A DNA stretch of 64,000 nucleotides from Geosiphon pyriformis uo1. Its lineage: Eukaryota; Fungi; Glomeromycota. How positions within the stretch are numbered: position 1 is the stretch's first letter; each line of letters begins with the position of its first letter. A program made the translations under genes and the position numbers. The stretch spans positions 866,984-930,983 of the forward strand of contig JAAOMT010000200.1 in the NCBI GenBank assembly GCA_016748015.1. Direction: 5' to 3'. Shown here piece after piece: positions 52,174 to 64,000 of the stretch. Under the pieces are notes generated by a model, which saw only the letters and a program-made list of their open reading frames with translations, was not told the DNA's origin and did not search any database.

Positions 52174-55100
52174 TATAGTTTAAGTCTTAAAAGAGCACCC
52201 ATAATTAGGTTTATATAGGCACAGGTATGCAAAATCATCTTTTCATTGTAAAATAAATATATCCACAAACTCATTTAGCCTAATGGATGTTATGATTCTT
52301 CGAACCCCTTCTTTTGGGGTGTAAAAACCCGCTTAATCGAGAAATTTTTCTTTAAAAACCTTTTCATTAACACCTGAATCAAATTATTGCCTTAAACAGT
52401 ACTTAGCAAGATATAGATGTTATACATGAAAATCGTTGCCGCCGTTAATGCCGTTGTTATCGTCATTATTTAAATATTATTGAAAATAAAGTTGTTAATG
52501 TCTTTGCTAGTTTGCAAATAAATATTAAGGAATTTTTTTTTAAAAACATGTAAATAGCATTAAGTAATATTTTATATCTAGTTAAAATATTGTTTAACTT
52601 TTGTTAATTATGTTTAATAGAAAGCTAATTGTATTGTTAAATACATAAATAATAAGTTGACAAGACATATTGATTAAAATAAAACTAGCTTAATATAGTA
52701 TTCTAATAGTTTTATTAAGTTTAATACTATAAGCTAGAAGTTAGCCGGTTTTTATACATATGATCAGAAAGAAAATTATATAATTTGATATATTTTAATA
52801 AAAAATATATTAGATATAAGAAGAAAAAAGTATAAGATTATGTTTTTTTGTGTGTATAAGATTTTAATAAGAGACATCTAATTCTATAAAAACTTGTTTA
52901 AAGTTTTATAAATACTTTTTAATGTCTAATATTTGTATAATGCTAAGATTAATGGTAAAATATATATGTTTATTATTAAAATTTTGTTTTCAATAATTAA
53001 TATAATAAATTTGTAAGATTTTAAAGCTAATTGCTATTAAAGTTTTTTTTATTTAACGAGGGCGGCCCAACCACTATTAAAGTTATTGCAGTTTAATATG
53101 TAATTATTAAACTTTTAATAAAACCAATAAAAAAGCAATACTATAAAATCTTAAAAAATTAGCAGTTTATAAAACCAAATTATTAATTTTAAAAATTGTA
53201 TAACTAAAAATAATCAACCAATTTAATTTTAAAAATTAATAACTTTTTTTAATTGGCAAAAAAATTTTGATATTATTTTTATTATCAAAATTAATTAATA
53301 TAACAAAAGTAGCTTTAACAGCTTTAAAAAACTTAAAATACAAAACAATATATTGTTATTAACTAATAAACTTTAGCTTTAATATTTACTAAAAACACTT
53401 AAAGCATTTTTAATTTTGTTAAAAAAGACATTCAAAAGAATATCTACAAAACTGCAGCAATAAAAACAGAAGTAAAATAAACATTACAAAATTTTTTACA
53501 ATCTTACAAATATTAACAAATATAATTTGAATAGCAATATTTAAAATGACTTATAGTAAAATTTCATACAAAAAAGCTTAATATTGTCTTTTACAACCAA
53601 TTTCAAACCAAAAAAAAACATATAAAAACTAAAATAAAAATTATTTATCTAAAAAAATTTTAATAATTAGTAAATATTTTTTAGATATTATTAAGACCAA
53701 TAGTATTTTCAGAAGACAAAAAAGAAAAATGCTTTAGTTTTTATTTAATTAATCTAATATTTAAAATCAAATAACTTAATAGATTAATTAATTAAAGTTA
53801 TATGTAAAAGCATAACTTGTTTGCTTTTAAGACAGTAAATATTGACGAGAATTCAACATATTAAACAATTTAATTATGTGCTAATTAAAACCAGTTTTGG
53901 TAGATATGTAGATTAGATATCATAATCAGTACAAGTGTAACAAAATTAATATAAATACCAGTAAAACAAAATAAAGTTAATATCTTATTTTTCAGAAAAA
54001 TTTTCGAATACTATTGTTGTATTTTTGTTAATTTTGCTTTTAATTACTAATTAAATTTCTATTAATTAAAAAGAAATTATTGTTTTAAAAAATATTTTTA
54101 AAACCAAATTAGTTAATTTTTTAATTTCCAAATTCTAATTGTTATAAAAAATACAATTTTAATTTATAAAACTTAATTTTATTGTTGTTAAAAATAATAT
54201 GCTTAAAAAACTATATTTGATAAAAATATTTTAAGTTATTTAACTCAAAAATATTGTATTAATCTAATTTTTTAAATTTATTATATGATTTGGTAATTAG
54301 TATGTTATATTGTTTGAAAAAGCTTATATAGTAACTTTATTTATTGGTTATAAAAATACTTACAAGCATAGTTATGTATATTTTTATAATAATAGACAGA
54401 TTTCAAAATGCTGTAAATTTATTTTTATCATTTTTAAAATTTTTAAACTTAATTTATTTTAATATAATTACAGCTTACTGAATATAAAAAGATCTGTATT
54501 GAGCATTTAAAAGTTTTCAAGTTATAAAAATTAAGATAAAAAAATTTAATTGAAAAATTAATACAATTAAAAATTTTAATTTAATATAGTTAAAGCAAAA
54601 TGTTTTAAATTATGGTCTGAATGCTTTTTTATTATAATATTTCATTTATTTTAACAAAAACAAGCTTATTAATTTCTTACTTGTAAATTAAATATAATAA
54701 AAATAGTTTGAAGTATTAATCTTAAAAAAAACAGCTTTTTTTTAACAAAAAATAATAGTTGTTAAATTAAAAAATTGTAATTACATAGTTTTTTATAATT
54801 CAAACTTTTTTAAAACAAATTTCAATTTTTAATCAAACAAATTGACTTTTGATTTAACTTAAAATTTATGGAATTTTAATTAATTTTACAAACAATATTC
54901 AAACAAACGAAAAGTCGTGTTTTTTTTAAAATAAAAATTTTAAACAAATATTTATTATTGTTTTTTTCAATTATTTTTACCAAAACTAAGTATTATATTT
55001 TTCAATTATATCATTTAGTGTAATTTTTTTAAAGTTTGCTAATTTCTTTATTAAATACTAATTATTTATTTGAAAATTCAATTTTATTTATTTTATAATA

Positions 55101-56396
55101 TCATATCTATAAAACAAATGAAGATATTTTATAATAAAAATTGATTTAATTTGATTTATTTTTTTTAATTAAAAATTTAAAAATAAATTTTGTATTTTAG
55201 ATTTACGAGTAATTTTACACTTAAAATATAATAATAATAATTATAATAATAATAAATAATAGATTTGTTTTTGGATTAAAAATTTGAATAGTTACAAAAT
55301 TTAATTAATTATAATGTTTTTTTTTTCGATAAAATTTGATAGAATTTTTACAAGATGATTTTATAACCATCTAAAAGAATACATTTTTATCAATCTAAAC
55401 ATAATAACCAATTAAGTAAGTAATATATATATATTTATTTTTTTATTAATTGGCTAAATTACATATATAACTAAAATTTTGAATTTTGAATTTTACAATG
55501 CTCTGTTAATTTTTAATAAATAATTTTTTTGTTACATAAAACTTTAATTAAAAATACAATTATTATTATTGAAATAATTTTTTATGGTTTTAAATATTTC
55601 AATAAAACATAAATTCTTAACTTTGTTTAACAGCTAAAATTCATAAATGAGTTTTACTAAAAAAAATTCAATTTAAAATAAATGTAACTTGTTTATTTAT
55701 TTTATTTTTTTAATCAATTGAATTAATGTGAAATTTATTTTGAAAAATAATGTTTTTTCTTTGCCAATTAATAATTAGATTCATTATAATTAATTGATGA
55801 AAATCAAGTAATACTGTTAATAATTATGTTTTCTTAATATATTTTTAATCTGAATTGACAAAAAAAATAATTACTATTAATTAATTTAATTGAAAAATTT
55901 CAAAAATATTTTATCAAATATTACAATAAACTGCTTAAAAAATAAAATTTAAAAGCTGTAATTCAAATTTTTTGGTTAAATTATATTTATATTAAAATTG
56001 TTTCAAGAATTGATGTATATTTAATTAAACATTAAACAATAATAATAATAATATAATAATAAGCAGTGAGCTTGTTAAATTAGAAAATTATATTACTTTA
56101 ATTTTTATTGCTTTTAAAAAAACCAGACTTGCTATTTGAATTATTATAAAAAATTTGAGCAAAAAGTATTTTTACTAAAAATAACTTAATGTAAGTATAT
56201 TTATTTAATTTAATTTATTACACCAAAATATATATAAATAAATAAATTTAGAAATGTTAATTCATATTACAAAAATAAACCGATTTAAAAATATTTTTGT
56301 GATAACTAGTAGATATTAGCAACTTTTTGAGAAGGCAAGATTTTAAGGAAAAGGAGAGTATTGAAGCTGGTAGTGATAACTCAAGGTTCATTTTCA

Positions 56397-56503
56397 AGTT
56401 TTTCCTCATTAGACCAAACTTTCCATTGCCGAAAATTCTCCTCATTAAACCTAACTTTCCATGGCTTAAATTTTTTCTCATTATACCAAACTTTCCATGG
56501 CTG
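56397..56503. repeat. Three imperfect 36-bp tandem repeats
   Basis: Core CTCATTA.ACC.AACTTTCCAT.GC recurs three times at 36-bp spacing. Confidence 0.8.
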
Positions 56504-58397
56504 CAACATTCACAATAACACGATTATTCTAGATGTTTGAAGGAGTCTTATTGCAAAGATTTAAAAAACGTCATTTAAAAAAATTAGCTTTAGTATTTGG
56601 GTGATAGACTCATGTGTAAAATGCATATGTTCGTAGTCCTCAATGAGTGAAAATAATTAAATATGGTATAATAAGGTGAAGGCAATAAGGCTTGCTTTTC
56701 TTAAAGAAAAGACAACTTGTGAAGCATCCATCTTGGTTAAAATACTGCGGTTATTGCTCGAATTCGTATGTTACATGTATGTTCAACCAGAAGTTTTACA
56801 ATTTACGATAAAGGCTTTGATTAAGGGATTGAAATTTTTATTACAACGATCACTTTTGGGAGACACCAACATACCTATATTTGGTAAAAGGCAGTCAATT
56901 TTGATGGTTTTAGGCAATAAGTATAGTTGAAGGTCGAGATTTATAGTGCAAATATCGTTTTAATTCCTTTTGCGCTATCGCTACGGGTAGAGTCTTCACA
57001 AATATCTGTGGCGAAGATCAAAATTACTTGTTCAAATGCAGTGAAACCAAATTACTGCAACACTGTTAATCAATAACAAACATTTATGCAGCGATCCCGC
57101 ATTGTGATTCCTTTAAGGTTTTTGGTTGGTAAGGCTGACAAATGGCTCTTACAATCAATGCTCACCTAGCGTATGTGAGAGTTTGCCCTCTTTCCAGAAA
57201 ATTAGATTTTATTTTAGTTTTAGGCCACCAAAGAATTTTCATCTGATGGTTGATTCGCAGTATATGTCTGGTTCTAGAGTGTTCTTTTTTGACTAATTTT
57301 TGTTCTTGATTTATATTCATTACTATAGCTTTTTCTAGCATCAAAATAATAATTTATAAAGTTTCAACATGAATTGAAAGTACATATACCTGCCATTCAT
57401 GAAAATCCATGATTTAAAAATTTATTTTAAACAAGACATCCAAACTGATTAATTTATGTTAATATTGGAGAATTGAAATTAAATGATCTTTTTTATACAT
57501 TAAAATTATGATATATTAATTATTGCAAAAAGCAAAAAAAAATTTGAGGTTAAATTTATATGAGTTAAATGTTATCAATAATTATATTTTAAAAATACTA
57601 GAAATTAATTGTGAAATCAAGAAAAAGCTTGACTTTAATAAATAATCATATTTAGATATGATACCAATTTTTTACTTTGATTTCACATTTAGTTTTGACA
57701 ATTATCATGCCAATACTTTATTATTCGTGAAACAATTTCAAGAAGCAAAAAGATCAAGTAAAAGAAAAAGGAAACTTTAATTAACAAGCTTTTTATAGAA
57801 GATAATTGATTTTTTAAAATAAAATTGAATAATTTGTGCAACTAATTCTAGAATTTGAACCTCCAATAACTTTTTTGAAGTGCGCCAATATTATAGAATT
57901 ATTTGAAAACTATTAATATATTTGAATAAAATTCCATTAAAAATGAAGAAAAAGATTTTGAACCAGCCTCATCACAAATGAAGAATTTGATTATAAATGA
58001 TTTTTCTTTAGGTGAATAAATCAAAGAATTGAAGATCTACCATTTGTTTTCAGGGCTAAATGCAAATGGAACTAGAAAATTCGATCCATCAATTGAAACC
58101 CCTCGGAAAATTATTAAAGAATTATGGTAATAATAAAAAATCCCAAAAACTTATATTTTTATATTATTTTATTACTTAATTAAACTTATTATAGAGATAA
58201 TTGTTTAAGTGGCTGGTAAATAAGGTTTAAGAATAATTTTGAAACCAACAATTTTTTAATCAGAAAGTTAATCAAATTCAAATGGTGAAAGAATTCCTTT
58301 GGAAAAACAGGTTGAATACAGGTTTTTAAATATAAATTTTAATATAGAAACTCAAGATTTTTCGCTATCAAACCTATTTTTTTTACAATTTATTCAG

Positions 58398-58400
<3 letters not shown>

Positions 58401-58442
<42 letters not shown>
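58401..58442. repeat. (ATT)n microsatellite
   Basis: Direct reading. Confidence 0.9.
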
Positions 58443-59576
58443 GAGTGGCACTTAATTAAAATATGTGAGCATTTTTGCAACTGAATCATATGCCTATAAA
58501 ATTTTTCTTGGAAAAAATATCTTGGAATTGGAGCGCAATTTTGTCCAAGTATCTTATTCTTTATAAAAATCTTAAAATTTTATTGGTGTTAAATATATAT
58601 AAAGAGTTTTATTTTAAATAAGAATTTAAGTGCGTTGTGATACATATCTTAAAATTGATTATAATTGATTATTTCGGAGCTACATTTTACCTTAAATTAG
58701 TCTCGGAAGCATTCATTAATATTCTTTAATAAACTTATTTGGCTAAACAAAAATGTTCGTCATTTACTAATATAGCCTACACATGTGAATAAATCTTTTT
58801 TGTGACTTATTATTTTCCTTAATATTCATTTTTGAGTTTAATTTGTACAAAAATCCATAATATTGGAAGAAATGCTGATACAACCAACCAACCAACCAAC
58901 CAAACCTTTTCAACTTGTATTTTTCTAATCTGTAATTTACTTGATCTTTACAATAAAACAATATTCATACTTCCCAATTCAGTTTTGAATTATATGTTCG
59001 AATATAATATGAAAGAAATGATTCGATTGGAAGAGCAGATATGGCAAAGAGGGAAACACGGATGATCCTGTATAAAATTAATAGATAAATACTTTTAGTG
59101 ATCCCAAAAGAAAATCTATGATCACATTCATCTAAACGTTGATAACAATTCGAGGTAACAATCTCCGAATTCTCCAAGCTATTTTTTAACTAGGATCGAA
59201 TATTTGGGCGTAGGTTTTTAGAGAATAACATATAAAATATTAGTTAGCAGCAATTGAAATTTTTTTTCAATAATCTCTTCATGAGAAAATGATTACTAAC
59301 CTTAAAAATGTAACATGACTTGATCGCTTCATTGTTGAAACACTCCTAATAACCTAATAAGCTAACCGCCTCTACTGTAGTGTCACCAGCTTGTGGAACG
59401 TATGAAGAGCGTCATTATTTAGTGCCTTAACATTTCCAATTATTGTTATCACAACATACACACCATACCTTCGTCTTTTTCGTGAATCAAAAGTATTGAT
59501 ATTTTTTGTCTTTATCACAAACTAGTAGATCCCTCAATTTTTACATTAACATTCTAAAATTTAAGGGAACTAAAAT

Positions 59577-60103
59577 ATGTCATCAACCCCTCGAAAAAGA
59601 CCCCGAGAAACTGCCACTCCTAACAATGAACCTATATCAAAAGAAAGTAAACACTGTGGTCATCCAAAGCATGAAACATACATTTCTACACTTAAGCAAA
59701 CCAGTAAAAATCCAAAGCCTGGGTTAATTAATAGAAAATTGGTCAAAGTTCCAAAGAGAATGATTCTTGCGCTGGGCGTCAAGGAAGGAACGTTGATTTG
59801 CAGTCGTTGTGTAATCCAGACGGATAAGGATCCTCAGGTTTACAAAATTTTTTTTACGAAATATTAACATCAATTTTTTCAAAAAAAAATTATTATTATT
59901 TTAAAAAATTTATTCATTTATAATTTTGATTAATCGTTTTTTAATTTCAGTATCTCAAAAACCCAAAATATGTGTCTCAGAGAGTGCAAACACGTAAGAA
60001 TGTTCTTTCCAGTTTGAAAATTGATATGAAAGATGATCCCAGAGATAGAAGGGAAACGAGAAGTTCCAGTGCAAAGGCATTGAATGGCAAAAAGAATCTT
60101 TGA
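59577..60103 (+). CDS. Small basic Cys/His protein, 137 aa; exons 59577-59837 and 59951-60103
   Basis: GT..TTTCAG intron keeps frame; PRKRPR NLS-like motif, CGHPKH...CSRC putative zinc ligands. Confidence 0.65.
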
Positions 60104-62711
60104 GGCTTTAAAAATTTTCGAAATAGATTATTGCCTGTATCGAGGGTTGGTATTGTAGCGTAAAACACTCTATTAACAACTTTCATTATTCAGATAATAT
60201 TTCTTTCTTCCTTTCTTCTTTCACTATATATTATATGAATATTTTTACATTAAGTTATTTTATATTTCCTGGCTCTTAAATTTACTTACTAAAACTTACC
60301 AATATTCTGTCATTTCCATATAAGATTGACCTTTTTATATAGTAATAGAGAGTTTAAATTTTAAAATTTCAAATAGCTCTTTCCACAAATAGTTTATAAT
60401 ATATATTTTTTTGAAAATGAATATAATTTTGAAATATGCGACAAAGAAAAGTCACTCTATTATTTGGTTCTCGTTTCAAATTTGAGGTCATTAATATCCT
60501 TGAATTTTTTAATTTTTTTTGTTTCACATTTAAATATCAATAAAGTCTATTTTTAAATATATACAAAAATGGAAAGCTCAGAATATTTTGAATAGGGTCT
60601 TATAAAATAAGATGACACTCACTTTAGAAAACTCAAATTTCTAATGAGGCCTGGTTTTATGTTCAAAGCATTTGGAACAATATGATTCATTTCAAAACCG
60701 TTGATTAAGAATAGGCTTAATTCGGTTTAAACTTAGGACTTTTTTATTTACGTACAATAGAAATAATTTTCATTAAATCAATTATGATTTGGCCCCAATC
60801 CAATTGAAGAGCCCTTAAATTTCCCAAGAAACTAAAATTCCGCAATTCTATTAACTTTGACAGATTTCACAATGTTGAAACTCAAAGTTTTTCCCCAGTT
60901 AACCATTAAACTAAGCCTAAATGCATTCATCATTCGTGTTCTTAAACCTAAATATGTTACAGCAATTTTTGTACAATCGTTATTGATAAAAGATTGGTCA
61001 ACCTGAAATTTTAAAGGGTATTCATGTGACTGATTAACTGTATAATGGGAACATCTAATTAGCATAATATTTAATTGCAACTTTAAATCATATAAATGTA
61101 ATTAATTGCACCCATACAATGTTATTTGTTGCATTTACAATTTCATCTTTAGTTGGATAAGTATTTTGGAAGTACAGCTTTCTTCACTTTAATCTTGGAA
61201 TCACATTTGAATTTAAAACTAATCAAACCTATTAGAAACTAAAAGACATATGTTTTAAATTTCAGGATCAATATGTTTTCTGTATATGTATTTAAAAATC
61301 AAAGTTTCTTTTAGACTAAATTGTTGGTTTGAAATAAGCTTTTGACATTTAATGAGTTCTTTGTATAGCTTTCACAAAATATGGTTTTCAATTGGCTGAA
61401 TTCTAAGAATAAAGATAATTTCGAATTAAAATATTTCCAAGCCTTATCGTGTTAAACTAAATTTGTATTGTTAATAAAAAGATATTTAATAATTTGGGCA
61501 TATAAAATTTAAAACAAGTCTAGTTAAAAAAAATAATGCGAATACGAAGTTACTTCAACCCAAAATATTTTTTAAATTAAATGAAAGAAGTTTTCATACT
61601 TGAATAAGAAAATTTAAATCAAATTCTCGAATAATTAATTTTTAAAATGTTACATGATAAAATATAGCAAAAATCTTATTTTGTAATTTCCTGCCAAACT
61701 TTATCATATAAACTGAATTTTGAACCAATTTTTTGCTAATTTAACTTAAAACTAAATGATAAAATGATATTATGTCTTTTAAACATAATATAAAAATATT
61801 TTAATTATATCAATAAAAATGAAAATAAAATAAAACAGATATATATATATATAATCTAAAAAGTTAACTTTCTTTAAAATTGTGTAAATGTGGAATTATT
61901 ATGTTTGATTTTTTTATAAAAAAATTTTCGTAATTAAGAATTAATAAAAAATTAATGCGAAAAATAATTTAATATACATATAAAAATTTAATCTAAATTT
62001 ACAAAAATAATTACATAAAAAAGCTCTTTTTTTATTTTCATGATCACAAATAGAGAAAACAATAAGAAAAAGCAATTACTATTTTTCTTATAATAACTAA
62101 GCGTGTTAAAACCAAAAAAGTTCTTTTAGTCATAAAAGCAAGTAAACAAGATGTTGTGTAAACACTTTTTTTAAATAACTCTGGTGTAAAGCAGCCTCCA
62201 GCTTTTTAAAAGCACTTTTTTTGAAGTCTTTTTAAGTCAAAATTTCTTCAAAACAACACATTAGAACCAGTCTTAGTGTTTCTATTACTATTATAAAGAG
62301 TCTTAATTACTTTTTTTACTCTTGTTCAAATGCTAAAAAAATCAAAACAGCCAAGAAATAACTGCTTTTTTTCTACCACTACTATTTCTATTAAAAACTT
62401 TTTTTAAATTCTAAAAAATACTTTTTTTCTTAGTATTTCTTGTTGTTTTTTTTCCTTTCTAGAAGATAAAGTTATAAATTTCTTTTTTTCTAAAGTTTTT
62501 ATTAATTCTGTATTCCGAATACCAAATACAATGGTTTATTTAAATTTAATTGTAAATAATAAAATTTTCTCTATTTTGAACAATAGCAGAAATATCACAT
62601 TTATTAAAATAAATATAGATTCATAAATAATTGTAATGTTAAAGCAGTTAACTTTGGTAGATTATTGCCAATTATTGTCAATGATAGAGCAAAACAAATT
62701 ATGTTTCAATA

Positions 62712-62870
62712 TACAGTCGAACCTCCTTAAATGCACACGCTCTCTAAGTGCACAGTTACTACTGGTCCCGTAATGGGACTTATAGATAAGAGCACACTCT
62801 TCACTCTATAAGTACACATTATTTTTTAGACCGATCTATATATAGTATCTCTCCATAAGTGCACATCTCG
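62712..62870 (+). mobile_element. Terminus of a pogo/Tc1-mariner-like element
   Basis: TA|CAGTCGAACCTC end followed by repeated TAAG(T/A)(G/A)CACA subterminal motifs; other end not found. Confidence 0.5.
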
Positions 62871-64000
62871 TAATTACACCAATCAAATTTTGTAATTATA
62901 TTGTGAAAATCAATGTTGTCAACAAAAAATTTTTTTCTAAGTTAGATGTATATTCGAAAACCGACTGACATACTATCAAGTTAGAATATGATGAAACATT
63001 ATTAGAGTTACATAAAGGGATAAAAATGCTTCATTGAAACAAGTCAGTATTGAAACTTTTTTGTAAATTGAATAAAATTTATTAGTAGCTTTTAATTTCA
63101 CCAAATAATAGAATAGTCCCAATATATTAATATAGTTATTTTTCAGTCAAAATCAACTGTAGACTCTTCAAAAATAAGTAATAAAGGAAAAAATAATAGT
63201 GCTAATATGTTTTTATTGATTTGGAAAAGAGAATGTTTCTTTTTAAGCTGAGAATAAGCTTGATTTAATCTATTAAATTTGGTAGCTAATTAAATTTAGA
63301 GTGTTGGTTGAAAATAATTGTAAAAGAATTTGGTTTTCAAAGTAAAATTTATTTTTTAATAGTGACTAATGTTTCTATTAAGGATTCTGATTAAATATAA
63401 TATGTTTTTCGAAAAAAAAGCTTTTATTTTATATATTTGGTTGTAATACTATTTTAAATTCTGATTTCTTTATTTTATTAATATTTTTATGAACTTTTAA
63501 GAGCTAAATATATATATTTCAAAAATTATAAATAATTTTGGTAAACTATTGAAAATTTTAGTGAATTTCTAAATGTTTTGGTAAATTCTTAAATACTACA
63601 TAGTTTAAAGTATTACATAATCTAATTATACATTTAATTATATTTTGTTTATTATACAAACATAAATTAATTACTGGCATAGTTCTTAAAAAAATTTCTT
63701 AAACAAGCTTTGTAAAGCATACAAGTATGTAATTAAAACTTATAATTGTAGAGCATATAAACAGAAAACAATTTATTTTTGATCTTTATAACAAAAAACT
63801 TGCACAATTATCTTTCAAATTTTCAAATTATTAAGATTTAAATAGTACTATAAACTAAATAAATGCATTTGTTATTTTTTAGTATTTAATTAACTTTAAA
63901 TCAGATTTTGTTGGTATATTAACTTTTAAAAAAATATTTTAATAGACGAAAAATATTTTAGCTGATTTTAAATTAAACAACATTTTTATTTTATAAAAAG

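Noticed and set aside
56900-58140. Possible spliced gene fragments on both strands
   Set aside because: No consistent reading frame or recognisable domain.

Overview
AT-rich, gene-sparse eukaryotic DNA with GT-AG introns. It is most consistent with a fungus, probably Glomeromycotina/Mucoromycota-like; this is an inference from composition and gene families. The main observation is an array of five tandem 132-bp ORFs (22502-33494) that are too short for the ORF track. All five encode the identical 43-aa peptide MQPTTNNQSSFNPLSIIAPGNGSIKGPTGDPDDGSGTGQCSIM, which ends in a farnesylation-type CaaX box and resembles an a-factor/basidiomycete lipopeptide pheromone precursor. All 10 variable coding sites between copies are synonymous. 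Each copy has a conserved TATA box and clustered HMG-box-type (AACAAT/ATTGT) sites upstream. A spliced seven-transmembrane receptor-like gene lies 5.4 kb downstream. Together these suggest an undescribed pheromone/receptor-like locus. Also present: two intronless DUF4238-like paralogues bracketing the region, a class-3 lipase lacking its catalytic Ser and His, a large PPR protein, a small Cys/His protein, kinase and FKBP pseudogenes, a decayed Fanzor/TnpB-like gene, a Harbinger-type element inserted in the array, Tc1/pogo relics, microsatellites and very AT-rich tracts.
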